From an uncultured bacterium (GTDB lineage Bacteria > Patescibacteriota > Minisyncoccia > Phycocordibacterales > DATDWN01), in contig CAIOTC010000022.1 of the NCBI GenBank assembly GCA_903861205.1, positions 25-64,024 of the forward strand: a DNA stretch of 64,000 bases, in the 5' to 3' direction. The position numbers were made by a program, and so were the translations under genes. Every line of letters starts with the position of its first letter. Within the stretch, counting starts at the first letter, position 1. Positions 17,653-27,353 of this stretch are shown here, piece by piece. The notes under the pieces were generated by a model. The model was not told where the DNA came from. It worked only from the letters and a program-made list of their open reading frames with translations, and did not search any database.

Positions 17653-18252
17653 ATGAAAAACAACACATACATATTGTCAGCGATTTTCCTCATTACATCA
17701 GCCTCGCCAGCTTTGGCCCAAGCGGCAAATACGTCTGTAAAAACTATTCGGGCGGATTTGGCCAGCACGACAAAAAAAGAAAAAGACGCGGCAAATGACG
17801 CCATAAAAAGTCAGATGGAAGCGGCCCAGAGAGAAATGCAACAGCAGCGAGACAACGCGGTTAGAACTGTTTTGAAAAACCAAGCAACCAGAGTTGGAAT
17901 AAGAGTCGGCGCGACCATCGACCGATTACAAAACATCATGGATCGAGTCAATTCGCGTATCGAGAAAATTAAAAATGCCGGCGCGGGAAATACAGCCGGC
18001 GCGCAAAAATACGTTGCGGACGCAAAAACCAGCCTGGACAAAGCCAAGGCCTCGTTCGAATCAATGAAAAACGCCGTTAATTCCATGACCAGTGGCGCAA
18101 ATGCCACGGCCAGCAGCACGTCGGAAGTGGTAAAAAGTCTGAAGAGCATGGAAAAAGATGTGGAAAAAAATCTCCAGTCAACCAGAACTTCGCTTTCCAA
18201 AGCAATCGGCAGTCTGAAAGGTCTTGCAACAACTACAAACCAAACAAATTAA
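17653..18252 (+). CDS. Secreted coiled-coil hypothetical protein
   Basis: Signal peptide ending ALA; helical Ala/Lys-rich body. Confidence 0.7.
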   Translation: MKNNTYILSAIFLITSASPALAQAANTSVKTIRADLASTTKKEKDAANDAIKSQMEAAQREMQQQRDNAVRTVLKNQATRVGIRVGATIDRLQNIMDRVNSRIEKIKNAGAGNTAGAQKYVADAKTSLDKAKASFESMKNAVNSMTSGANATASSTSEVVKSLKSMEKDVEKNLQSTRTSLSKAIGSLKGLATTTNQTN

Positions 18253-18270
18253 CCATTAACTAACCAATTC

Positions 18271-18310
18271 ATCCTGTGATATGGGTGCCCTACGGGCAAT
18301 ATCACAAGAT
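18271..18310. repeat. CTGTGATAT...GCCC-GGGC...ATATCACA hairpin, copy 1
   Basis: Reverse-complement sibling at 33283-33322. Confidence 0.75.
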
Positions 18311-18318
18311 AAAATACC

Positions 18319-18618
18319 ATGAATGACGAAAACAAATCATCAGTCGGTTCAATAATAGGCACAATCATCATCATTGCTCTCATCGTCCTGGGCGGTTTGT
18401 ATTTCTGGGGCAAGCGCGTTGAGGAAGCGCAGAACGCCAAGAAAATGGCCAGCGAAGCGACTCTTCCAACAGTCTCGGCCGAGGATCAGGCGGCGGCCAA
18501 CGAAGCCGCGTCGATAAAAAGCACCAGTTCATTGGACGATTTGGATTCCATTGAGTCTGATTTGAATAACACAAACACCACAAACTTGAGCCCGGAGTTG
18601 GATGTGCAAGCACAGTAA
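18319..18618 (+). CDS. Small single-TM hypothetical protein
   Basis: IIGTIIIIALIVLGGLYFW helix; acidic tail SIESDL. Confidence 0.75.
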   Translation: MNDENKSSVGSIIGTIIIIALIVLGGLYFWGKRVEEAQNAKKMASEATLPTVSAEDQAAANEAASIKSTSSLDDLDSIESDLNNTNTTNLSPELDVQAQ

Positions 18619-18626
18619 AAGTGGAC

Positions 18627-18743
18627 AAAAATTCGCTGAATAATATTTTTTTGGAGCACGGATATTTTTCTGCTGAAAAATTCCTCAAGCCTCCGCTCGC
18701 CAGCGTCCGGAGTCTCCCAAAAAACATTATCCAGCGAATTTTT
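18627..18743. repeat. Branched hairpin element family B
   Basis: 65-nt core 18653-18717 identical to 49489-49553; different outer stem. Confidence 0.9.
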
Positions 18744-18791
18744 TAGTGGTGATGTCGGGGTTTGCAAAAAGATGGCTTGTAATATAAAGTA

Positions 18792-19889
18792 ATGAATATG
18801 TCAAAAAATTACGAAAACATTGTTCTTAATTCATTGCCGGAGAGAGAAATGGAAATTGTCGGACAAATTACGGCCGAGAAAATGGCGCTCTTGCGCGAGA
18901 AAGCTTTGGCCAAGGTCAAGGAAAATTTGGAAGTGGATGGGTTCCGCAAAGGCAACGCGCCGGATTCGGTCGTCGCCCAAAAAGTTGGCGAGATGCGCCT
19001 TCTGGAGGAAGCGGCTGAAATCGCTCTAGGTGAAGAATATCCGAACATTTTGGAAGAGCACAATATCGATGCCATCGGCCGTCCGGAAATCACCATCACC
19101 AAAATCGGTGTCGGCGCACCATTGGAATTCAAAGTCAAAACCGCTCTGATGCCAGAAATTAAGCTTGGAGATTATAAAAAAATTGCTTCTTCTGTGGCGC
19201 CAGCCAATGAAAAAAATAAGGCGCCAGCTACGACAGTGCCGGAAGTTACGGACAAAGAAGTTGACGATGTTGTGTTAAATATTCGCAAAAACATGGCTCA
19301 TCAATTGGCCCATGAAAAAGCTGGGCTGGATGAGCATGATCATAATCACGGAGAAATAAAAGATGAAGACTTGCCCGCTATCGACGAAAACTTTTTGAAA
19401 TTGCTCGGTGATTTCAAAAGCGAAACAGATTTGCGAGAAAAAATAAAAGAGAATATTGGAAAAGATAAGGCGCGAGCTACGACAGACAAACGACGAACAG
19501 ATATCTTGGAAAAAATAATCGCCGAATCAAAAATAGAAATGCCAAAAATCATTGTTGAAGGCGAGCTGGAAAAAATGCTGGCCCAATTCAAAGATGACTT
19601 GGCTCGAAGCGGAGTTCCCTACGATGAATATTTGAAACATATCAAAAAATCTGAGGAAGATTTGAAAAAGGAATGGCACGACACCGCCGTCAAACGCGCC
19701 AAATCGCAGATTATTCTAAACACCATCGCCAAGGAAGAAAATATCTCGCCTGCCGAGGAAAATATTAAAAAAGAAATGGAAAACATCCTGGCCAATTTCA
19801 AAGAAGCCGATAGGTTCCGCGTCCGGATGTATGTGGAAACATTTTTGACCAATGATTTAGTCTTTAAGTTTTTAGAGGAGCAAAAATAA
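18792..19889 (+). CDS. tig: Trigger factor lacking the FKBP PPIase domain
   Basis: DGFRKGNAP ribosome-binding motif and C-domain; 365 aa with a short His-rich linker. Confidence 0.92.
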   Translation: MNMSKNYENIVLNSLPEREMEIVGQITAEKMALLREKALAKVKENLEVDGFRKGNAPDSVVAQKVGEMRLLEEAAEIALGEEYPNILEEHNIDAIGRPEITITKIGVGAPLEFKVKTALMPEIKLGDYKKIASSVAPANEKNKAPATTVPEVTDKEVDDVVLNIRKNMAHQLAHEKAGLDEHDHNHGEIKDEDLPAIDENFLKLLGDFKSETDLREKIKENIGKDKARATTDKRRTDILEKIIAESKIEMPKIIVEGELEKMLAQFKDDLARSGVPYDEYLKHIKKSEEDLKKEWHDTAVKRAKSQIILNTIAKEENISPAEENIKKEMENILANFKEADRFRVRMYVETFLTNDLVFKFLEEQK

Positions 19890-20612
19890 ACTTGCCACGG
19901 CAATGGCGGCGGTTTCGGCACGAAGGATTTGCGAACCGAGGGAGACGATCGGCAAGTTGTAAGATTTGAAAAGGGCGATTTCTTTGTCGGAAAATCCTCC
20001 TTCGGGGCCGATAAATGTGGCAAAAGAATTTTGATTCGTGCTACTTATATATTGTCTAAAACTTATGCAAGGACTGTCCTTGCTAAAATTGGTGTGAAAG
20101 GCAATTTTCTCTTGAGGTAAGATTCCGACAGTAAACACATCCTGGAGTGTCATCTCTGGATGAATGACCGGAATGTCTCCCCTGCCGGATTGCTCGCTCG
20201 CCTCGATGGCAATTTTTTTCATTCTTTCCAGATTCAATTTTCTTTTCTCGCTGTGTTCACAAATTATTGGCACAATGTTCGTAACGCCGAGCTCCGTCGC
20301 TTTCTGTACCACCAAATCGAAATTATCTTTCTTGAGGAGCGCCACACACAGCCAAACATTTTTCCTCTGGTTCACATCCGCCGTTTTGTGATTTTTTAAA
20401 ACCTGCACCGTCGCACCCAAATTGCGAATTGACGAAATCATGCACAGATAGTCCATTCCTGCGCCGTCAAAAAGGACGACTTGCGAGCCGACATTGTAAC
20501 GAAAAACATTTTTCCACTGATGAACCAGGTCTTTGTCAGCGATATCAAAACTTCCCTTCTGCTCAAAAAGTTCAGCAATATTTGCGTTTATAAAAAATCG
20601 ATGAAGTCTCAT
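19872..20612 (-). CDS. rsmE: 16S rRNA m3U1498 methyltransferase
   Basis: QKATELGV, EASEQSGR, FIGPEGGF, ILRAETAA. Confidence 0.95.
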   Translation of the reverse strand: MRLHRFFINANIAELFEQKGSFDIADKDLVHQWKNVFRYNVGSQVVLFDGAGMDYLCMISSIRNLGATVQVLKNHKTADVNQRKNVWLCVALLKKDNFDLVVQKATELGVTNIVPIICEHSEKRKLNLERMKKIAIEASEQSGRGDIPVIHPEMTLQDVFTVGILPQEKIAFHTNFSKDSPCISFRQYISSTNQNSFATFIGPEGGFSDKEIALFKSYNLPIVSLGSQILRAETAAIAVASLFLLL

Positions 20613-20693
20613 ATAAATAGAGTACAACGTTTTTAAGCAAAAGAAAAGACAAAATTGCCAAAAGACGATTTTTTGGTATAATCTGCTTGTTCC

Positions 20694-20733
20694 CAACTTA
20701 TTAGACTTATTCAACTTATCTAACTTATAAAAC
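20694..20733. repeat. AACTTAT 9-10-nt tandem units (solo arm-like)
   Basis: AACTTATTA GACTTATTC AACTTATCT AACTTATAA. Confidence 0.55.
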
Positions 20734-20734
20734 T

Positions 20735-21307
20735 ATGTTGATTCCCACAGTTATCGAAAAATCACAATTCGGCGAGCGAGCATACGACATTTACTCGCGA
20801 CTTTTGCGCGAAAATATCATTTTCCTCGGCGGACCGATCGATGACGACACAGCCAACATTATCATCGCCCAGCTTCTTTTCTTGCAGTCCGAAGATCCGA
20901 AAAAAGACATTTCGCTTTATGTAAACTCACCAGGAGGATCGGTCACTTCCGGCTTGGCTATTATCGACACCATGGATCACATCAAAAATGACGTGTCGAC
21001 CGTTTGTGTCGGAGTGGCAGCTTCAATGGGAGCAATGATTTTGTCCGCTGGCAAAAAGGGCAAGCGCTTTGCCCTGCAAAACGCAGAAGTGATGATTCAT
21101 CAGCCCCTCTTGCATGGTCTAGAAGGACAAGCTTCAGATATCGAAATCGGCGCTAAAAATATCATCAAAATGCGCGAGAACCTTTACAAAATGCTGTCAA
21201 AAAACACCGGTCAACCAATGCCAAAAATCGAAAAAGACGCCGACCGAAATTTCTACATGTCCGCCGACGAAGCCAAAAAATACGGCATCATCGACAAAGT
21301 TTTGTAA
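20735..21307 (+). CDS. clpP: Clp protease proteolytic subunit
   Basis: DIYSRLL, NSPGGSV, AASMG, MIHQP. Confidence 0.97.
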   Translation: MLIPTVIEKSQFGERAYDIYSRLLRENIIFLGGPIDDDTANIIIAQLLFLQSEDPKKDISLYVNSPGGSVTSGLAIIDTMDHIKNDVSTVCVGVAASMGAMILSAGKKGKRFALQNAEVMIHQPLLHGLEGQASDIEIGAKNIIKMRENLYKMLSKNTGQPMPKIEKDADRNFYMSADEAKKYGIIDKVL

Positions 21308-21363
21308 TAAATTCCAAATTTTGAGCAAAAGAAAATGGCAAGGACCGTCCTTGCCATTTTTGA

Positions 21364-22143
21364 TTATGTCACTTTAAGTCTTTTTTCTTCTTGTTCGATG
21401 AGAGCTTTGAAATTCCCTTCGTCAATATCGGCACCGAATAGACCGGGTGCCCATTTGAACGGTGCTGGATTTTTGGCAAAAAGTTCTTCAATTTCACTCG
21501 TGCCGAAAATCTTAAGTGGCAGGCTTTGCTTCTTTTCAAAATCGCTCTCGAGTCGCATAGCATAGCCGACTGTGCCGGCTTCGTTGACCATGCACTCCAA
21601 AGCGATGAGTTTTGAATCTCGTGGTTTAAGTGATTTCCACACATGGAAAATCGAGTCTCTGTCACTGGTGATGAGCATAATTTTGGGCATTGCCTTCACT
21701 ATCGCTGGAAAGAATCCCATGAGGCCATGCTTCAACTCCAAGGCCCAGCACGGTTTGCTCACCCAACCAGCCCTGTCACCTTCGAGCAAATCTTTGAGAT
21801 TGTTCGGAAATGAAATGTCGATGGGCACGCCACGCTCTTCAAGCATGCGTTTGCTTTCCCGACCAGTTTCTTCAAAGTCGTACCGTTCTTTCATTTGAGC
21901 GTTGTAAACCTGTTTTGTTACGTGTTTTCCATCCAAACCGTGCTGGCAAGTTTGGCAAAGTGCCGCACCGCAGATTAAACTGCTACCAACATCGCAACTT
22001 CGCACGGCATGCTCTCCGCACGATACACACTTGACTTCTTCGTGCTTTGAACACCAGCCGTTTGTGCTCGGCTTTTTGCACGGTACCCAACCTTTCTCGT
22101 CAAATTTGCAAGGAACAGATTTTGGCATTTTTACATCCGACAT
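21364..22143 (-). CDS. Hypothetical protein with Cys/His-rich N-terminus
   Basis: GGAGG RBS; CSKH, CVSC, CQTCQH; terminator downstream. Confidence 0.65.
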   Translation of the reverse strand: MSDVKMPKSVPCKFDEKGWVPCKKPSTNGWCSKHEEVKCVSCGEHAVRSCDVGSSLICGAALCQTCQHGLDGKHVTKQVYNAQMKERYDFEETGRESKRMLEERGVPIDISFPNNLKDLLEGDRAGWVSKPCWALELKHGLMGFFPAIVKAMPKIMLITSDRDSIFHVWKSLKPRDSKLIALECMVNEAGTVGYAMRLESDFEKKQSLPLKIFGTSEIEELFAKNPAPFKWAPGLFGADIDEGNFKALIEQEEKRLKVT

Positions 22144-22346
22144 TGTCTTTACCTCCGCTACCACTCTACCTAAATTTGGAAAAAAGTAAAGGATTTGCCT
22201 CTTTCCCTTATTTCATATATAGTATGTTCATTATTGATTTTAATTTTACCGTACCGGCTTTCTTTAAATTTATGAACTTTTTCCACCTCGACTTACCAAA
22301 TAGATTCAACAAATTTCTCGAATAGAAAACGGACGGTTTACATAAC

Positions 22347-23876
22347 ATGTCATTAAAAATAGTTTTCGCTCTGCTCTCTGTAGCAACAGCGGCCGGGATC
22401 GCCCTCGGTTATTATTTGCGCTTCATCATTTCGCTAGGTCGCAAAGGCTCTCTCGAACTTCGCCTTCAGCAGATGGAGATTTTGGCCAAGGATAAGGAAA
22501 AAGAAATCATCACTGAAGCCGAAAAGAAAGCGGAAGAAATTTTGAAGGAAGCTCGCCACGAAATAAAAGAAAAAGAAGTTGAAAGTAAAAAAACGGAGGA
22601 TCGCTTGATCAAAAAGGAGGAGCTTTTGGATCACCGCCAGACTGATATCGACCGCGAAGTGGAGGAAATCAAAAAGCGAATCGAGGAAATAAAAACCATC
22701 CGCGAAAACACCGAAAAGCTCGAGTCGGAAAAACGTGAGGAATTGCACAAAGTGGCCAAACTTTCCGAGGAAGACGCCAAAGCGGAAATTTTCAAAGTGG
22801 TTGAAAAAAATTCCGAGGAGGACATTTTGGCCCACATGCAAAAACTGGAGATGATGGGCACAGAAAAGTTCGAGGATAAAGCCAAGACAATCGTGGCCAC
22901 GGCTATTCAGCGACTGTCCAACTCCGTCTCATCCGACATGCTCACCACGCACGTCGTCATTCCAAACGACGAAATCAAAGGCAAAATCATCGGCAAGGAA
23001 GGCCGAAATATCAAAGCTTTTGAGCGCGTCACCGGTGTTGAAGTCATAGTCGACGACACGCCCGGTTCGATTACCATTTCATCGTTTGATCCTGTTCGCC
23101 GCCAAATCGCCAAACTGGCTCTGGAGAAACTCATCGCCGACGGACGCATTCAGCCGGCCAAAATCGAGGAATTCACCCAGAAAGCCGAGTCGGAAATCAA
23201 CAAAATAATCAAAGAAAAAGGTGAGGAAGCCGTTTACGAAACTGGCGTGCTCGGACTCGATCCGCGCGTCGTTTCCATTTTGGGCCGTCTCCATTTCCGC
23301 ACTAGCTATGGCCAGAATATTTTGGCGCACTCGATCGAAATGTCGCACATCGCCGGAATGCTGGCCGAGGAGCTCGGCGCTGACGTCTCGGTGGCCAAAG
23401 CCGGCGCGCTGGTTCACGACATCGGCAAAGCCCTCGACCATGAGGTGGTCGGCACGCACGTTGACATCGGACGACGTATTTTGCAGAAATTCGGAACGAA
23501 CGAAGCCATCATCAAGGCCATGCAAGCCCACCACGAGGAATACCCTTACGAAACAGTCGAATCAATCATCGTCCAATCAGCCGACGCCATTTCCGGCAGC
23601 CGTCCTGGCGCCCGCCGTGACAGCGTCGAGAATTACTTGAAGCGCCTGGCTGACCTGGAAGGTTTGGCCAAATCGTTCACCGGCGTGGAAAAAGCTTATG
23701 CCCTGCAAGCCGGCCGCGAAATCCGCATTTTTGTCACCCCGACCGACGTTTCCGACCTTGATGCCAAGAAAATGGCGCGCGATATAGCCATTAAAATCGA
23801 ACAAGACCTCAAATATCCAGGTGAAATCAAGGTGGTCGTCATCCGCGAAGCTCGTATTATCGAATTCGCAAGATAA
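22347..23876 (+). CDS. rny: Ribonuclease Y
   Basis: N-terminal TM, coiled coil, KH (IIGKEGRNI), HD (VHDIGK). Confidence 0.97.
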   Translation: MSLKIVFALLSVATAAGIALGYYLRFIISLGRKGSLELRLQQMEILAKDKEKEIITEAEKKAEEILKEARHEIKEKEVESKKTEDRLIKKEELLDHRQTDIDREVEEIKKRIEEIKTIRENTEKLESEKREELHKVAKLSEEDAKAEIFKVVEKNSEEDILAHMQKLEMMGTEKFEDKAKTIVATAIQRLSNSVSSDMLTTHVVIPNDEIKGKIIGKEGRNIKAFERVTGVEVIVDDTPGSITISSFDPVRRQIAKLALEKLIADGRIQPAKIEEFTQKAESEINKIIKEKGEEAVYETGVLGLDPRVVSILGRLHFRTSYGQNILAHSIEMSHIAGMLAEELGADVSVAKAGALVHDIGKALDHEVVGTHVDIGRRILQKFGTNEAIIKAMQAHHEEYPYETVESIIVQSADAISGSRPGARRDSVENYLKRLADLEGLAKSFTGVEKAYALQAGREIRIFVTPTDVSDLDAKKMARDIAIKIEQDLKYPGEIKVVVIREARIIEFAR

Positions 23877-23883
23877 TTTGGAA

Positions 23884-24023
23884 GGATTTTTAAAATTTCT
23901 TACGAACAGAGGCTTTTCCGTCGCCAGAATATTTTCCTGCTGGAAAATTTCTTCCTCCTCGTCTCTTCACGGACTCCGGAACGCGCCGGAAAAGCCTCTG
24001 TTCGACTAAATTTTGAAAAATCC
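23884..24023. repeat. Divergent branched hairpin element (family B-like)
   Basis: Long outer stem with AAATTTCTTACGA flank; TGCT(AGCA)-capped arm. Confidence 0.72.
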
Positions 24024-24132
24024 AACTATATTTTTTGTCCACAGTCAATATGTTGCCTAAAAAAACCGTTGGTATATAATGTCCATATAGTAGATAGTCA
24101 AAATTTATTAGCCATAACTAAAATTAACAATC

Positions 24133-24405
24133 ATGAACAAAGCATCAATCGCAGACAAAGTTCACGAAAAACTTGGCGGAACAAAAGTTCAAGCCGAAGA
24201 AATCGTGGATTTGATGATCAGCTCGATCGTCGACACATTAAAACAAGGTGGTGAAGTTTCGATCGCCGGCCTCGGCATCTTCTCGACCAAGACCCGCGCC
24301 GCTCGCCAAGCTCGCAACCCGCGCACAGGCGAATCGATTTCCGTTCCGTCAATGAAAGTGCCAAAATTCCGCGCAGCAAAAGCGCTCAAGGAAGCTGTAA
24401 AGTAA
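24133..24405 (+). CDS. hup: DNA-binding protein HU
   Basis: MNKAS...GLGIF...ARNPRTGE...PKFRAAKALKEAV. Confidence 0.95.
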   Translation: MNKASIADKVHEKLGGTKVQAEEIVDLMISSIVDTLKQGGEVSIAGLGIFSTKTRAARQARNPRTGESISVPSMKVPKFRAAKALKEAVK

Positions 24406-24423
24406 TTTAATTTTAAATTGCGC

Positions 24424-24459
24424 AAATCAAAAAACACCGTGAACGGTGTTTTTTGATTT
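24424..24459. terminator. Bidirectional intrinsic terminator
   Basis: AAATCAAAAAACACCG-TGAA-CGGTGTTTTTTGATTT between convergent hup and tRNA-Gly. Confidence 0.8.
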
Positions 24460-24462
24460 CTG

Positions 24463-24533
24463 TGCGGGACGGGGGAATCGAACTCCCGCCAAAAGATTGG
24501 AAATCTTTTGTTCTACCACTAAACTAGTCCCGC
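24463..24533 (-). tRNA. tRNA-Gly(TCC)
   Basis: Cloverleaf; anticodon arm AAAGA-TTTCCAA-TCTTT; TTCGA T-loop. Confidence 0.95.
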
Positions 24534-24583
24534 AATAAAAACATATTACCAAAAAATTACCTTGTGGGCAATTTTTTGTTTAG

Positions 24584-24811
24584 CTATTCAATACCGATAA
24601 AATCTTTCAAATTTTCCACCGTCTCGCCGGTGTCTCGCAAAATTTTCCGGAGCACACCGCGACTTACCGGATTATGCGCTGGCACGGTCACGGAAACTCT
24701 GCCCAAACATTCAAATCTGATGTGACTTCCTTTTTGTCTGACTTTCACATAACCTAAACTGGAAAGAAATTTAGCAACTTCAGTGTATTTTAGAGAAGGA
24801 ATTGGAGACAT
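24584..24811 (-). CDS. hicA: HicA family toxin
   Basis: LGY..VRQKGSH...VTVPAH...GVLRKIL. Confidence 0.9.
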   Translation of the reverse strand: MSPIPSLKYTEVAKFLSSLGYVKVRQKGSHIRFECLGRVSVTVPAHNPVSRGVLRKILRDTGETVENLKDFIGIE

Positions 24812-24814
24812 AAT

Positions 24815-25069
24815 TTAAATAGAAACTGCGTGTAAACTTATATCCGAAAAAGAATAATTTTTTATAAAAGTTTTGTTTTCTTTTTCTTCCAAGCACAGAG
24901 AAATAACCTCCTTGATATTTTTCAAAGCTTCGTCGAGAGTTTTTCCAGATGTATAACAGCCATTAAAAAGCGGACATTCAACGACATAAACATTGTCCTC
25001 GTCTTTTTCCACCACAACTGGAAATGTATTTTTATTGGGTATTTTTTTCATTTTTTTCTTCTTTTTCAT
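24815..25069 (-). CDS. hicB: HicB family antitoxin (short form)
   Basis: VVECPLFNGCYTSGKTLDEALKNIKEVI. Confidence 0.9.
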   Translation of the reverse strand: MKKKKKMKKIPNKNTFPVVVEKDEDNVYVVECPLFNGCYTSGKTLDEALKNIKEVISLCLEEKENKTFIKNYSFSDISLHAVSI

Positions 25070-25101
25070 ACTATAGCATAATAATTTGCTATAATGAAGC
25101 C

Positions 25102-26235
25102 ATGCTAAAAACAATCGGGGTAACAATTTTGCTTTTGATATCGGTTGCTTTAGGTGTAGCATCCTACGCCATTTTGTCCATGCCACTTGTTGTTTCCACG
25201 CAAAATGTGGCCGTTAATTCGACAAATACGACCGATTCGACCTATCCGTCCAATTCAACTGTTGCCACAACAACGAAACAAAAAACTCCGGAAAAATCAG
25301 TGGTAGCTAAAAAAATCGCAGCGCCCGTAAAAACCGAGCAAACACCGGCGACACAGGCAACTCCCGTCCCCGCCGTGCCGCAAATTCCGTTTGAACAGCT
25401 GAACGTCACAGCCAGAAAAGCGCTGGTCAACATTCTCTGCTCAACGCAATCCGGCGGACCGCTTTCCCCCATCTCCGGCAGCGGAGTCATCATAAGCGAC
25501 AACGGTGTCATTTTGACCAACGCCCACATCGCCCAATATTTTTTGCTCCGCGATTTTAACGGCCAAAAAGACGCGGTCGAGTGCCTCATCCGCACCGGCT
25601 CGCCCGCCTACAATACCTACAGCGCCGAACTTGTTTACATTTCGCCGACATGGATTGCCGACAACAAAACCGTTCTGACTGATCAGAATCCAAAAGGTAC
25701 CGGCGAACACGATTACGCCTTTCTGCGCATTACGGGAAAAGTTGACGGCTCGCCAGTGACAGACCGGGTTCCGTATTTACCAGTGAGTCTCTCGGAAAAT
25801 AATATCGTGGGCACTTACGAACTCCTGGCCTCATATCCGGCCGGCTTTCTCGGCGGACAATCCATTTTGCAAAATTTGTTTCAATCGAGCGCCATCACCA
25901 CCATACAAGAAGTTTACACATTTGGCTCTGACACCATCGACCTCGTTTCCGTCCCAAGTACCGTCGTCTCGCAAAAAGGCTCGTCCGGTGGCGCGGTGGT
26001 CAACGGATTTGGCACACTAACGGGCATCATTTCCACCGAAACGGAAGGCGCCACCACCGGCGACCGCGACCTGCGTGCCATCACCGCTAGTTACATAAAT
26101 CGTGATCTCAAAGCCGAATCCGGTTCGTCCATCGCCGACATCCTCGCCTTCCCCGCCCAGTACACCCAAAATTTCAACACCACCATAGCGCCGAAACTCT
26201 CCGAAATCTTAACCAACGCCATTTTGAAAAAATAA
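25102..26235 (+). CDS. Membrane-anchored trypsin-like serine protease
   Basis: GSGVII, ILTNAH, DYAFL, GSSGG. Confidence 0.88.
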   Translation: MLKTIGVTILLLISVALGVASYAILSMPLVVSTQNVAVNSTNTTDSTYPSNSTVATTTKQKTPEKSVVAKKIAAPVKTEQTPATQATPVPAVPQIPFEQLNVTARKALVNILCSTQSGGPLSPISGSGVIISDNGVILTNAHIAQYFLLRDFNGQKDAVECLIRTGSPAYNTYSAELVYISPTWIADNKTVLTDQNPKGTGEHDYAFLRITGKVDGSPVTDRVPYLPVSLSENNIVGTYELLASYPAGFLGGQSILQNLFQSSAITTIQEVYTFGSDTIDLVSVPSTVVSQKGSSGGAVVNGFGTLTGIISTETEGATTGDRDLRAITASYINRDLKAESGSSIADILAFPAQYTQNFNTTIAPKLSEILTNAILKK

Positions 26236-26259
26236 AAATAAATTACTAAACCCTGTATT

Positions 26260-26331
26260 TGTCATTCCCGCGCAGGCGGGAATCCAGAAATATGTATGGA
26301 AATATGGATTCCCGCCTGCGCGGGAATGACA
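26260..26331. repeat. dRS3/REP-like doublet (ATTCCC-N8-GGGAAT)
   Basis: 27-bp perfect inverted pair TGTCATTCCCGCGCAGGCGGGAATCCA. Confidence 0.85.
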
Positions 26332-26366
26332 CGGTGGTGAGTTTTGTTAATTTAAGAAGTTTGAAA

Positions 26367-26672
26367 CTATTTTGAATTATTGGCGCTGATCTGTATGATC
26401 ATCTGGAAATTGTCCTCTTTAACCGCTTTGTTCGGCTTTTCGGTGCCGCACTTTTGGCATTTGTGGATAATAGTGTACTCCTTGTTTTTCACTTCCACAC
26501 GCACCGGTTCCATCATCCCGCCGCAATCCCCCGCTCTGTCGCCCGGAAAAACGTCCACGTGCTTGGACCACAAACATTCCGGACAATGATTCGTGTAGCC
26601 GTTCCCCACTACATCCGCTCCGCACTTCTGGCACACAAAATCCTCCTTATTTTTTATGAATTTAGATGACAT
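26367..26672 (-). CDS. RNHCP domain protein
   Basis: TNHCPECLWSKHVD..PGDR...CGGMM. Confidence 0.9.
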   Translation of the reverse strand: MSSKFIKNKEDFVCQKCGADVVGNGYTNHCPECLWSKHVDVFPGDRAGDCGGMMEPVRVEVKNKEYTIIHKCQKCGTEKPNKAVKEDNFQMIIQISANNSK

Positions 26673-26676
26673 CAGA

Positions 26677-27111
26677 TTAGTTTGAATTTCCTGTCGTGGC
26701 CCGAATGACTTGCATAATTCCGTCTTTTTCAGCACCCTCAACTTTCGTCAGAGCGCTACTTGGAAGCAAAACATCTGGACACTTCCCTGTTTGATTGTTG
26801 AATTTACACACACTTTTTTCGTCAAACAAAAGTTCCACAGTCAAAGCCGGAGTCCCCGGTTTTTCATACACCAAATACCACACACCAACTTTCAGACCGG
26901 GGTTATCTTTCACTAAATGTCCCATTTCAACAAAATTTATATTTTTGTCCGTCTCTTGTCCGCATCCCGAAACAGGTTTCTCTGCGCTTGGGTTACCGTG
27001 CTTGACCCACTCCCCTTTAACGCAAATCCAAGTATCTTCAGGGCTCAATAACCTTGCACCAATAATAAAAACAACGACTAGGATTAAAATATATAAAATT
27101 GTCTTTTTCAT
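26677..27111 (-). CDS. Membrane-anchored hypothetical protein
   Basis: N-terminal TM; EDTWIC..GEWVKHGNP motif. Confidence 0.7.
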   Translation of the reverse strand: MKKTILYILILVVVFIIGARLLSPEDTWICVKGEWVKHGNPSAEKPVSGCGQETDKNINFVEMGHLVKDNPGLKVGVWYLVYEKPGTPALTVELLFDEKSVCKFNNQTGKCPDVLLPSSALTKVEGAEKDGIMQVIRATTGNSN

Positions 27112-27115
27112 ACTG

Positions 27116-27187
27116 TCGGGGCACTGGGATTTGAACCCAGAGTCTTACGAACCCGAATCGTAAATGTTACCGTTACACCATGCCCCG
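27116..27187 (-). tRNA. tRNA-Pro(CGG)
   Basis: Anticodon arm TACGA-TTCGGGT-TCGTA; TTCAA T-loop. Confidence 0.93.
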
Positions 27188-27214
27188 AAAACTATTTAAT
27201 TTTTGAAAACTCTG

Positions 27215-27286
27215 TCGGGGTGCCGAGATTCGAACTCGAAACGCTTGCTCCCAAAGCAAGAATGATAGCCGTTTCACTACACCCCG
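27215..27286 (-). tRNA. tRNA-Pro(TGG)
   Basis: Anticodon arm CTTGC-TTTGGGA-GCAAG; TTCGA T-loop. Confidence 0.93.
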
Positions 27287-27353
27287 AAAAATCAAATTAA
27301 CATTATGCAGTCTAACATAAAAACAAAAATTCACAAACAAAAAGGAAGAGTTT

